A stretch of 56,274 nt of DNA from a virus (Duplodnaviria; Caudoviricetes), in IMG/VR virus record IMGVR_UViG_3300029258_003568, positions 1 through 56,274 of that record; one strand, written 5' to 3'. This document shows positions 9,526 through 18,307 of the stretch, one piece after another. The stretch's first letter is position 1. The number at the start of each line of letters is the position of its first letter. The notes beneath the pieces are model-generated. The model saw only the letters and a program-made list of their open reading frames with translations. It was not told the origin of the DNA and ran no database searches. Position numbers and translations under genes: made by a program.

Positions 9526-9915
9526 ATGGGAGCACCATTTCATGGCAAGAACGGATTGATCTATGTCAGCGGTACCGAGATCACCGGGGCGAATGCCTGG
9601 AACGTCGCTATCACGCAGGACAGCGTGGAGACGCCGCAGTTCGGCGATTCGTGGAAAAAGCGGACCGTCGGGATGGGCGACTGGAGCGGCAGTATCACGG
9701 CCTGGCAACACGACGATGCCAAGCTGCTGGCCGACGCTGCGACCGCCGGTGCGTCAGTTGCACTGCTCATTTATCCCAGCAAGAACAGCCTGACCGACTA
9801 CTATTCGGGCAACGGCATCTTTGGATTTTCCAGCGACGGCGGGGTGGACGCTGCCGTCGGCACGACGGGCGATTTCGTCGGGGATGATACGCTGACGATC
9901 GCCGGATTTTCATAA
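9526..9915 (+). CDS. Major tail tube protein
   Basis: HGKNG start, FGDSWK...G..DWSGS motif; precedes chaperone and tape measure genes. Confidence 0.75.
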   Translation: MGAPFHGKNGLIYVSGTEITGANAWNVAITQDSVETPQFGDSWKKRTVGMGDWSGSITAWQHDDAKLLADAATAGASVALLIYPSKNSLTDYYSGNGIFGFSSDGGVDAAVGTTGDFVGDDTLTIAGFS

Positions 9916-9934
9916 TCTCTAAGGGGAGGCTTTT

Positions 9935-10357
9935 ATGGCTGGAGACAAGCCGAAATGGCGGCCGGCGACGCGCACCGTTTATGCCAATGACCTGGCGTTC
10001 GTCGACGATGCCGGCGAGACGCATTTCCCGCGCGCGGGCGAGTGGGTCCGGTTCAAGCGACGGTTCAAGATGAAACTGCTGCGCGTGGCCGCCCGTCTGG
10101 AGCGCCTCAACGACGACGACGCTGGCGTCGCCGAGGTGGAGGAGGCATTCGGCCGCCTGGCCGAACTGCTGGCCGAGCAGGTGGTGGACTGGAACTGGTC
10201 GGACCTCGACACCGAGCCGGATGAGGAGGACAATTACCCACCGCTGCCACCGCCCACCGTCGACGCGATGTGGGAATTGTCCCAGGACGAATTATTCTGG
10301 ATCCTGGACAACATGATGGAAGAGACCGAGGCGTCAAAAAACTCAGAGTCGCCGTAA
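9935..10357 (+). CDS. Tail assembly chaperone (G)
   Basis: Between tube and tape measure genes; slippery site near the 3' end. Confidence 0.75.
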   Translation: MAGDKPKWRPATRTVYANDLAFVDDAGETHFPRAGEWVRFKRRFKMKLLRVAARLERLNDDDAGVAEVEEAFGRLAELLAEQVVDWNWSDLDTEPDEEDNYPPLPPPTVDAMWELSQDELFWILDNMMEETEASKNSESP

Positions 10358-10596
10358 GCAAATTTGCTTACGGCGAAGGTCACACACCTTATCCGCTGCT
10401 CGAGGCGATGTTGTGCGAGGCGTACAGTTGTCTGCCGTCGCAGTTGGACGGCGAGGACGCCGGACGGCTGCTGGTTGGCCAGGAGGTGTTGGCGCTCTAC
10501 TATGCATTTGAGAAGTTGAAGCGGGGCGCCAAGCTCAGTTCGGCGGAAAAGAAGGCAATTGGTGAGGTCCTGGAGGCTGAATTAGAGAGAGGGTAA
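10336..10596 (+). other. -1 programmed frameshift site A AAA AAC and GT-type chaperone extension
   Basis: In-frame TCA AAA AAC at 10334-10342; -1 frame open to 10596. Confidence 0.75.
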
Positions 10597-13286
10597 TGGC
10601 AAAAGAGTCCGAACTTGGCATCACGTTGCGTGCCAAGGAATCTATCTCCCGAATTGTCAAAAAAGTAGGCGGAAGGTTCAAGAGCCTGGGCAAGCGGCTC
10701 GATGCTATCTCTGCTAAGGCCAGGTCGATGAACCAGGCGTTCAAAGACGGTATGAAGTCGGTGGCCGGGATGGCAGGTAAAGCTGCACTGGGCATCGGCG
10801 CGCTGGGCTTTGGGGCGAGTGAGGTACTCGGCCGGCTGGCCGAGCACAGCAACGATCTAGGCCGTGAGTGGGAGCGACTGGGTGGCATCGGTGGCAAACT
10901 GGCAGGGATGCTGGGGGACAAGTTAGCGCCCTACGTTGGCCTGGCGGCCGACGCTATGGAGGGATTGACAGAGAAGGCGGCCGGGGCGGGGGATTCGTTC
11001 CTGGGCCAGTTTGGCGCCAAGATGAGCCAGGCGGCCGACAATGCCCTGGAGTGGGGCGTTGACATCGTCGCCGAATTGGCATCGGGGATGGTCCAGGGGG
11101 CGGCATCGGCGCTCTCCTGGGCCATGGACATGATCGGCAATTTGTTATCCTCGTGGCTGTCGCCGGGCAGTCCGCCGAAGGTGGCGCCGAAGCTGGACAA
11201 GTGGGGAGCATCGGCGATGACCGAGTTCCTCAAAGGCTTTGGGGACGCCGAATTTGGCGTTTTGGAGAGCCTGCAGGGGCCGCTGCGATCGGCCCTGGAC
11301 ACATTGGCTGATCTAGGACAGACGGCAGCCGAGAAAGTGGGCCCGGCCTTCGCCCAGCTGTCGGGGGAGATTACCTCGTCGCTGGCTGAATTCCAAAAGA
11401 GCGGCAAGATGCCGCTGGACCTGTTCGACAAGCTGAAAAAGGCCGGCGGGCAATTCGGCGAGCAGCTCGCCGAGCTGGCCAGGAAAGAATTTGGTGTCGC
11501 GCGTGCGGTGCGTGACGTGGAGGCCGCACAGCGCAAGCTGGACCAGGCCCGCGCGGGCGAGGACAAGGCCCGCGACAAGATCAAGAAATTGCGGGCCGAG
11601 TACAAGGCGCTCCTCAAGGCGGGTGCTGACCCGGCGTTGGTCAAGGCCAAATTTGCTGAGATCAAGGCAGCCCAGGGGGGGCTGCGGGAGGCGAAAAAGA
11701 GCACAAAGGCCGCCGAGGAGGAAAAGAAAGCGGCCGAGGAGCGGCTGAAACCGCTGCAGAAACAATTACAGCTCCAGCAAAAGGTGGTAAATCAATTGCT
11801 GGAGGTGGCTCGGGCGCAGGTGAAGGCGGACAAAGCCGCTGGGGGATTGGGTGCGATCTCCATGCCTGAGCTGTCCGGTTTCACGCCGCCGACGAAGGCG
11901 TTCGAGAAAGCCAAGGAACGCATCCGCGAAAAATTAGCCGATCTCTTTTCTCCGCTCCGCAGGCGATGGGAGAACGAGATGAAGCCCGCGATCGAGGGCC
12001 TGGGCAAGAAATGGGAGGATTTCAGCACGCTGGTGAAACAGGCGTACGATGAGAAAATCGCTCCCGTCGTTCAGGATCTCAAGGCGCTTATACCTGACGA
12101 CCTGGTGAAAAATATCGGGGTCGTCTCCGGGGTTGTGCTAACTGCCGGCGGCGCATTCGGGGCGCTCAAGTTGGCCACCAGCCCGGTGGTGGCGGGGATC
12201 GGCGCGCTGACCAAGGCCATCAGCGGCGTGATCGGGGTCGTCAGCGCGATCGTCGGTGTTCTGGGCGGACCGCTGACGTTGGCGATCCTGGCCATCGGTG
12301 CAGTCGTGGCCGGGCTTTACCTGGCGTGGGAAAACAACTGGTTTGGCATCCGGGACAAATTAACTGAAATATGGGAATCGTTCATCAAGCCGACGTTCGA
12401 GACGTTGGTCGCCTGGCTGGAGGCCAACATCCCGATTGCTATCGAGACATTGAAAACTTTTTGGGAGGATACTCTCAAACCGGCGATAGAGACGGTCTGG
12501 CGATTCATTCAAGACAATGTTTTCCCGCTCTTTGAGACGCTGGTGGCCTGGCTGGCGACTAACATTCCGGCCGCTATCGAAACGCTGAAAGCATTCTGGG
12601 AAGAAACGCTCAAACCGGCGATAGAGGCAGTCTGGGCGTTTATCCAGGATTATCTGATCCCGCTTTTTGAATCGTTGGTGAATCTATTTGATGCGGTCCT
12701 CGGAGTGTCCATAGAGGCGTTGACCGGTCTGTGGCAGAATGTGCTGCTGCCGGCGATCACGGCGGTACACGATTTCATCAGAGATTTTTTGACGCCGATC
12801 ATAGACGATGTCAAACTAGGACTAGAGGCGTTGGGCACGTTCATCCGGGATACATTGGGTCCTATCCTGGATGCGTTCAAAATGTACACGATCGATGCGC
12901 TCAAAAAGAGCTTTGATAGCGTCAAGAATGCTATCAAGGGAGCGACCGATTTCATCAATACGTTGGCCGACAAGATCCGCAATTTTCAGCTGCCGGACTG
13001 GCTCACTCCCGGCTCGCCGACGCCGTTCGAGTTAGGCCTCCGGGGGATAGAAAAACAAATGGGCCGCCTGGCCAGGATGCAGATGCCGAAGGTTTTCTCC
13101 GGGGTGGGTCTGTCGCCATCGATGGCCGTGGCCGGGGGAGGAGGCGGGACGTATGCCACCGGCGCCGGTGGGAACATCAATTTGACGATAAATCTGAGCG
13201 GTGGCGCATCGCGGGAGGATGCGATGCGCGTAGCTGATGCGATCGAGCGTAAGCTGCGGCAGCGGGGCGTGAGGAGGAATTTCTGA
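10596..13286 (+). CDS. Tape measure protein
   Basis: 896 aa, Ala/Gly-rich and helical, Trp-periodic repeats, PGSP motifs, hydrophobic segment. Confidence 0.9.
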   Translation: MAKESELGITLRAKESISRIVKKVGGRFKSLGKRLDAISAKARSMNQAFKDGMKSVAGMAGKAALGIGALGFGASEVLGRLAEHSNDLGREWERLGGIGGKLAGMLGDKLAPYVGLAADAMEGLTEKAAGAGDSFLGQFGAKMSQAADNALEWGVDIVAELASGMVQGAASALSWAMDMIGNLLSSWLSPGSPPKVAPKLDKWGASAMTEFLKGFGDAEFGVLESLQGPLRSALDTLADLGQTAAEKVGPAFAQLSGEITSSLAEFQKSGKMPLDLFDKLKKAGGQFGEQLAELARKEFGVARAVRDVEAAQRKLDQARAGEDKARDKIKKLRAEYKALLKAGADPALVKAKFAEIKAAQGGLREAKKSTKAAEEEKKAAEERLKPLQKQLQLQQKVVNQLLEVARAQVKADKAAGGLGAISMPELSGFTPPTKAFEKAKERIREKLADLFSPLRRRWENEMKPAIEGLGKKWEDFSTLVKQAYDEKIAPVVQDLKALIPDDLVKNIGVVSGVVLTAGGAFGALKLATSPVVAGIGALTKAISGVIGVVSAIVGVLGGPLTLAILAIGAVVAGLYLAWENNWFGIRDKLTEIWESFIKPTFETLVAWLEANIPIAIETLKTFWEDTLKPAIETVWRFIQDNVFPLFETLVAWLATNIPAAIETLKAFWEETLKPAIEAVWAFIQDYLIPLFESLVNLFDAVLGVSIEALTGLWQNVLLPAITAVHDFIRDFLTPIIDDVKLGLEALGTFIRDTLGPILDAFKMYTIDALKKSFDSVKNAIKGATDFINTLADKIRNFQLPDWLTPGSPTPFELGLRGIEKQMGRLARMQMPKVFSGVGLSPSMAVAGGGGGTYATGAGGNINLTINLSGGASREDAMRVADAIERKLRQRGVRRNF

Positions 13287-16200
13287 TGGCGCTCTCGCTG
13301 CTCGTCAACAGTGTGGACCGCACCAGCGTGTTATTCCGTGATAGCCTCAATATCGAGCAGGCGGCGGATACATTCGCCAGTACCTGTTCGTTTTCGTTGC
13401 TCGATCGGAACGGTGGACTTACAGTCTCGGCCAGGGAAGAGATCGAGATCTCGGACAATGGCACGACGCTGTTCAAAGGAGAGGTGTCGGGCATTGAACG
13501 GGAGATCGTCATCATGGGCAGCAGCGAGCGGCTCATCCACGTGGAGGCGCAGGATTACAATATCCTCCTCGAGGAGACCGTCGTCGAGGAGGAACTCTAT
13601 GAGGCGGCGATGAACAGCGATAGTGCCATCATCGCTGATTTGATCGCCACATATCGATCGGATATCGGCGCCAGCACGTACGTCAGCACGTTGGATCCGG
13701 CCACCGAGGAATTGTTCTTTGAAGCGGTCACGCTGCGCCAGGCGCTGAGCGACCTGTGTGCCCTGACCGGCGGGACATTTTACGTCGACTTTGATAAGGA
13801 ACTGCATTATTTCAGCTCCGAATCGAACGTTGCGGCGTTCTATCTCTCGGACAGCCCTAGTGGCAATAATCCGCTGGGGTACGAGTCCATTCGGGAGCGA
13901 TCGGATGCCTCGATGCTGGCCAACCGGTTCTATATCCTCGGCAACGATGTATTGGATTGGGAAGAGGATGCAACCAGCGTCGCGGCATATGGCGAGCGCG
14001 AGGCACCGATCAAGGACAATGCGTTAGAGACCGATGCAGCGGTGAACGACAGAGGCTCATCGTTGCTGGCGACGTACAAGGACCCGCAGCTGAGCTACAC
14101 AGTCACGACAACAAATGGCGCGTTCCTGCGGGCCGGGATGGATATCCGGCTCGTTAACAGCGTCCTGGGGGTGGATACGACGCTGACGATCCGCCGACTG
14201 ACCATCGGGCTGCGTGAGGATGAGTTCGTCTATGAGCTGGAGATCGGGGCACCGGATTCGGGAGCAACAGGCGGCAGCCGCAGCATAGAGGATCGGATCA
14301 AGCGGATTGGCGACAATGTCGACCGCACGTCGCAGGCGGTTTTCGATACTGTTCCGCCGTCGGCGCCGACGCTGCTGACGGCTAACTTGACTACCGGCGT
14401 GGACATTGATGCTGACGGACATCAGATCGTTTATCTCCAGGTGACGTGGGGCAGCGTGAGCGCTGACGATCTGGATCACTATCAGGTGCAGGTCTCTACC
14501 TCGAGTGATTTCTCCGGTTACACCATCACTCGTGACCATCCGAGCGACGGCGACCGCCTCGAGCGGTTCGTGGGATTGTTGGGGAACACGACGTATTATG
14601 TCCGCGTGCGGGCGGTCGATTGGTCGGGAAACAATTCCGATTGGTCGACCACGCGGAATACGACGACGTCGGCGGACAGCACGCCCCCGGCACAGGTGAG
14701 TGGCTTGTCGGCGGGAAGTAGCCGGACGCTGGTCGGCCTGCAGTGGACGGCCAACACCGAGGCCGACCTGGCGGAATACGAGATTCAGCGAGCGCCCGAC
14801 AGTGGCGGCTCGCCGGGCGCGTGGTCCACTGTTGCGGTGGCGCGGCTGAATTTCTACGTCGACGAGGACTTTACCGACCAGGAGATCGTCGACCAGGACA
14901 CGTTTTGGTATCGCGTCCGGGCGACCGACACGTCAGGCAACGATGGCAGTTGGTCCAGCAATACCAGCGTGCAGCTGGGCCAGATTGACACGGATCACAT
15001 TGCGGCGTCGGCGATCACGGCAGATAAGATTGCGGCTAATACTATTACGGCCGATAAGATGAATGTGAGCCAGCTGTCGGCGATTGCCGCCGACATGGGG
15101 ACAATCACTGCTGGGGTGGTCACCGGTGCAACGATCCGCACGGCGGCCAGTGGTGCTCAGGTAGTGATGGACAGCACGGACGGGTTGCGCGGTTTCAATT
15201 CATCTGGTACAATGACATTCCAGCTGGACGTGGACGGGAGCGGCCAGCTGGGAGCCACGGGACAGGATCCGCTGATATGGAATAGCTCCGGACAATTAGA
15301 CAAGATAAACGCCAACCAGATTCAAATCAGTATGGGGGGAGGGAATCTCCTCTCGAACAGTGCCTTTCTGGTCGACGATAATGACGATGGTGTGCCCGAC
15401 GATTGGACGAGCGCCGGGACCGCCAGTCATTACGACGTGGATCAGGAAACCACGACTGTCTTGATCGGTGATTATTCGGTCAAGATGCAGCTGACGAGCG
15501 GGAACTCTTCCGATCAATACAGGGATTTGCGGCAGCTTATATCGACCGAGGACGTGGCCGTGGGAGATGCGTTCACGGCATCGGTTTACGTGAATGTGTC
15601 GGCGATCTCTAATGCTCGGGCGCGGATGTATCTTGTCGCGTATAGTGGAGGGGCCTATCACTCTGGGATTATCGGTGATTACGTCGACGAGACGACTAGT
15701 GGATGGCAACGGCTGACAGTATCGGGAACTGTGCCTTCCGGGGCAGACGGGGTTGGTGTTTGGCTACGAGTGCAGGCTACAGCGAACGATGGAACTGTAA
15801 CCGCCTATTTCGACGGAGTACAATTGGAACGAGGTGACTATGTTACCTCGTGGAAGCCAAGTTTGTTAGGGAACGTGAGTATCGACGCGGCGCGGGTGGA
15901 AGTGGTTGATGGAGATGGGTCGCGCGTGTGGATGGGCAAGTCGGGCTCGGATTTTGGTTTTTTCACGGCCAATGATGACGGTCAAAAGATGATCGGCATC
16001 CTGGCCGATGACGACGGCAGCGAGTACATCAAGCTCTACAACACAAGCGGGACAGTCATTGGCCGGATCGGCCGGTATTCGCTGGATTATTCCGAGGACG
16101 ATGTTGTGATCGAGCGCCTCGCCAGCACAGGTGCAACGCTAGTGCTAAAGTCGGGCCGCATCTGGGGATCGCCTGCGTTCGCGGCCAATCAATATCAAAT

Positions 16201-16405
16201 TGGTGACACCATCGTATCAGCAACCTGGGTGAGTGGGGCTCTGACGGTGGGTGAGGCATACATTGGAGGGACTGAGATCAGTGATCCCAGCGCCCCGTCC
16301 GCCAATCAGGGGCGGTTATACTTCCGGGACAACGGGGCAGGAAAGACACAATTGTGTGTCAGATTTAATACAGGTGCTATACAGGTCCTGGCGACTCAGC
16401 CATAG
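13286..16405 (+). CDS. Tail tip/hub and host-specificity protein with two FN3 domains and a CBM-like domain
   Basis: YYVRVRAVDWSGNNSDWS and WYRVRATDTSGNDGSWS (FN3); NLLSNSAF...YFDGVQLERG (CBM4_9-like). Confidence 0.8.
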   Translation: MALSLLVNSVDRTSVLFRDSLNIEQAADTFASTCSFSLLDRNGGLTVSAREEIEISDNGTTLFKGEVSGIEREIVIMGSSERLIHVEAQDYNILLEETVVEEELYEAAMNSDSAIIADLIATYRSDIGASTYVSTLDPATEELFFEAVTLRQALSDLCALTGGTFYVDFDKELHYFSSESNVAAFYLSDSPSGNNPLGYESIRERSDASMLANRFYILGNDVLDWEEDATSVAAYGEREAPIKDNALETDAAVNDRGSSLLATYKDPQLSYTVTTTNGAFLRAGMDIRLVNSVLGVDTTLTIRRLTIGLREDEFVYELEIGAPDSGATGGSRSIEDRIKRIGDNVDRTSQAVFDTVPPSAPTLLTANLTTGVDIDADGHQIVYLQVTWGSVSADDLDHYQVQVSTSSDFSGYTITRDHPSDGDRLERFVGLLGNTTYYVRVRAVDWSGNNSDWSTTRNTTTSADSTPPAQVSGLSAGSSRTLVGLQWTANTEADLAEYEIQRAPDSGGSPGAWSTVAVARLNFYVDEDFTDQEIVDQDTFWYRVRATDTSGNDGSWSSNTSVQLGQIDTDHIAASAITADKIAANTITADKMNVSQLSAIAADMGTITAGVVTGATIRTAASGAQVVMDSTDGLRGFNSSGTMTFQLDVDGSGQLGATGQDPLIWNSSGQLDKINANQIQISMGGGNLLSNSAFLVDDNDDGVPDDWTSAGTASHYDVDQETTTVLIGDYSVKMQLTSGNSSDQYRDLRQLISTEDVAVGDAFTASVYVNVSAISNARARMYLVAYSGGAYHSGIIGDYVDETTSGWQRLTVSGTVPSGADGVGVWLRVQATANDGTVTAYFDGVQLERGDYVTSWKPSLLGNVSIDAARVEVVDGDGSRVWMGKSGSDFGFFTANDDGQKMIGILADDDGSEYIKLYNTSGTVIGRIGRYSLDYSEDDVVIERLASTGATLVLKSGRIWGSPAFAANQYQIGDTIVSATWVSGALTVGEAYIGGTEISDPSAPSANQGRLYFRDNGAGKTQLCVRFNTGAIQVLATQP

Positions 16406-16415
16406 GGAGGCAAAA

Positions 16416-16667
16416 ATGAGAAAGGTTATTGTTCTGTCTATCGTGGCCGGTTTGCTCGCGGTGGTGTCTTTGTCCCGGATTGACGTGTTGGCATTTCAAT
16501 CACCGATTTCTCCCCTGCCGACGCCGTCTGGTCCCAACGGTCCTGACATTCATATACATGAACCAGGGCCTGCGGAGGTGCCGGAGCCGGCGACGATTTT
16601 GTTGTTCGGCGGAGGGATCGCCGGGATGATCGTCGCATGGAGGAAGAGAAGGCGTGGCCAAGGCTAG
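16416..16667 (+). CDS. Mini PEP-CTERM sorting-domain protein
   Basis: Signal peptide, Pro-rich linker, VPEPATILLFGGGIAGMIVAWRKRRR. Confidence 0.85.
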   Translation: MRKVIVLSIVAGLLAVVSLSRIDVLAFQSPISPLPTPSGPNGPDIHIHEPGPAEVPEPATILLFGGGIAGMIVAWRKRRRGQG

Positions 16668-16974
16668 GAAAACGCTGAGCCAGAAATTGAAGGAAGAACA
16701 GGCACGCTCCGACCGGCTACAGCAGGAGCTGGTCGTCCTCCAGAGTGCGCTGGCGGCTGATCAGGGGCCACTGGCGTTGACGATCGCTGTGAATCGGCTG
16801 ACCGGCCGGTTTTCGCGGACGATCGTGCTGGACCGGTCCAGTGCCGAGGCCGAATTGCGAATGTTGATCGAGGCGCTGCGGCAGGTGGAGGAGCAGTTGC
16901 AGGCGGAGCTGCTGCGCCTGGTCGAGATGCGCGCTCAAGCCCAGGCAGAAAGAGGAAAGGTCGAGAAAAAGTAA
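16654..16974 (+). CDS. Coiled-coil hypothetical protein
   Basis: Last ORF before the terminator. Confidence 0.55.
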   Translation: MAKARKTLSQKLKEEQARSDRLQQELVVLQSALAADQGPLALTIAVNRLTGRFSRTIVLDRSSAEAELRMLIEALRQVEEQLQAELLRLVEMRAQAQAERGKVEKK

Positions 16975-17004
16975 AAGCCCCCCTACCTACAGGGGGGCTT
17001 TTTT
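16973..17004. terminator. Bidirectional rho-independent terminator ending the late operon
   Basis: aaaagcccccct-acctac-aggggggctttttt. Confidence 0.85.
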
Positions 17005-17017
17005 GTTGCATACTATG

Positions 17018-17063
17018 TGGTCTTAGTTATCGGTGATTCACGGGTTACTGATAACTAGGACCA
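17018..17063. other. Candidate attP (46-bp imperfect inverted repeat)
   Basis: tggtcttagttatcggtga-N8-ttactgataactaggacca between two terminators, near the serine integrase. Confidence 0.45.
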
Positions 17064-17070
17064 GGAAGAG

Positions 17071-17103
17071 AGAAGCCAACCGTCCAAGGCGGTTGGCTTC
17101 TTT
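17071..17103. terminator. Terminator hairpin
   Basis: agaagccaaccg-tccaagg-cggttggcttcttt. Confidence 0.75.
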
Positions 17104-17107
17104 CGTC

Positions 17108-17302
17108 TCATCCTGATGTCTCACGTCGTCGCTGTTTCTGTTTCTCGTATGCGCGGCGGTTCTGGGTACTCCTCTTGCATCTGAGCGAACAGTATTTTTG
17201 TGTGTAGGTGTCCGTCCTGAAGGTTATTCCACAGCCGGGGCACACTTTTTTGAACCGGCCTGCGGGCACGACTGTGGGGTTCCCGTGGCCTTCCCTCGTC
17301 AT
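17108..17302 (-). CDS. Small zinc-finger protein
   Basis: CPGC...YCSLRC; AAGGAGG RBS. Confidence 0.6.
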   Translation of the reverse strand: MTREGHGNPTVVPAGRFKKVCPGCGITFRTDTYTQKYCSLRCKRSTQNRRAYEKQKQRRRETSG

Positions 17303-17315
17303 TGTATTTTCCTCC

Positions 17316-17846
17316 TTACATAGATTCCACGTCATGCTTGCTGACGAGCGTCCTCCGTTGCGGGTTTGGCTCGTCCGGGTTCACGAACCGCCGGAGGCGG
17401 CCCGCAGCCACAGCGTTGCTGATGGCTTGTAGGGATACACCTCGCAGCTTGGCGGCCTCACTGACGGTCACGAGCTCGTCATGCTGGATCCAGAGCAGCG
17501 CCCTGGCCACCATCCGGCCAAAATCCGTCTCCCAGAACAGGCCAGGGATGTCGTAAGCCGGTCCAAGGCCCGGAGGGGCGAACAGCCTCTCCATTAGGTC
17601 CTGGATACTTTCTTGTAGGATGCTCTCATTCTGTCCGTTTTGTTCTATAACCTCGCCGGCGGCGCGGGCGATGTCGCACAGCTGATCGGCTAATGCCGAG
17701 TTGTAGATCAGATCGTGTTGGATCAGCGGGATCTGGAGACCCAGGAACGCTTGCTCGAGTTCCCACCGCCTCCGGTTGTAATATTCCATGAGGAATCTCT
17801 GAATAATCTCTCGATACTGCTCAGGTGTGCGTTCCATCACCGACAT
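17316..17846 (-). CDS. Protein with C-terminal excisionase-like HTH
   Basis: LVTVSEAAKLRGVSLQAISNAVAAGRL. Confidence 0.65.
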   Translation of the reverse strand: MSVMERTPEQYREIIQRFLMEYYNRRRWELEQAFLGLQIPLIQHDLIYNSALADQLCDIARAAGEVIEQNGQNESILQESIQDLMERLFAPPGLGPAYDIPGLFWETDFGRMVARALLWIQHDELVTVSEAAKLRGVSLQAISNAVAAGRLRRFVNPDEPNPQRRTLVSKHDVESM

Positions 17847-18124
17847 GATTTTCTCCTGTCTAGCACCTCAGGCCAGAGCTCTTCGATCCGTTGCTTGAGT
17901 CCGTTGGCCTGGCGCTTGTGGTCATCTGTGATTGGCGATTTCCCAATTCGTATCGGTCCAGTGATCCGCCGGAGAAGCCTTTCGGCGTTCCCAAGGTGGG
18001 AGCGGATTTTGCGCACTGCCTGCCCGCGTTCTTGGCCACCGGCGGGCAAGTTGATAGATGCGGCCTCATTGATGAGGCCCCGAGCGCGCTGGAGCACTTC
18101 GTTGGGAGTTAGCGCTTTTGGCAT
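17837..18124 (-). CDS. Hypothetical protein
   Basis: AAGGAG RBS; downstream of its own promoter. Confidence 0.6.
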   Translation of the reverse strand: MPKALTPNEVLQRARGLINEAASINLPAGGQERGQAVRKIRSHLGNAERLLRRITGPIRIGKSPITDDHKRQANGLKQRIEELWPEVLDRRKSCR

Positions 18125-18170
18125 GGTAAATCTCCTTGCCAGGTTTTGTGCGTCAAATAAATTTAGTTAT

Positions 18171-18199
18171 ATTATACACCAACTTCATGTAATTGCCAA
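18171..18199 (-). promoter_or_regulatory. Sigma70-type promoter
   Basis: TTGGCA-17bp-TATAAT on the minus strand. Confidence 0.7.
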
Positions 18200-18250
18200 G
18201 GAGCAATTTGCTGTTCTATCAAATTTTTAAGGTTCTTGATCCTTGATCAC

Positions 18251-18284
18251 AAGAGCCAACCGTCAAGGCGGTTGGCTCTTCTTT
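18251..18284. terminator. Terminator after the integrase (near-copy of the 17071 hairpin)
   Basis: aagagccaaccg-tcaagg-cggttggctcttcttt. Confidence 0.75.
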
Positions 18285-18307
18285 GATGAAAATTCGCTGA
18301 TTTTGCT

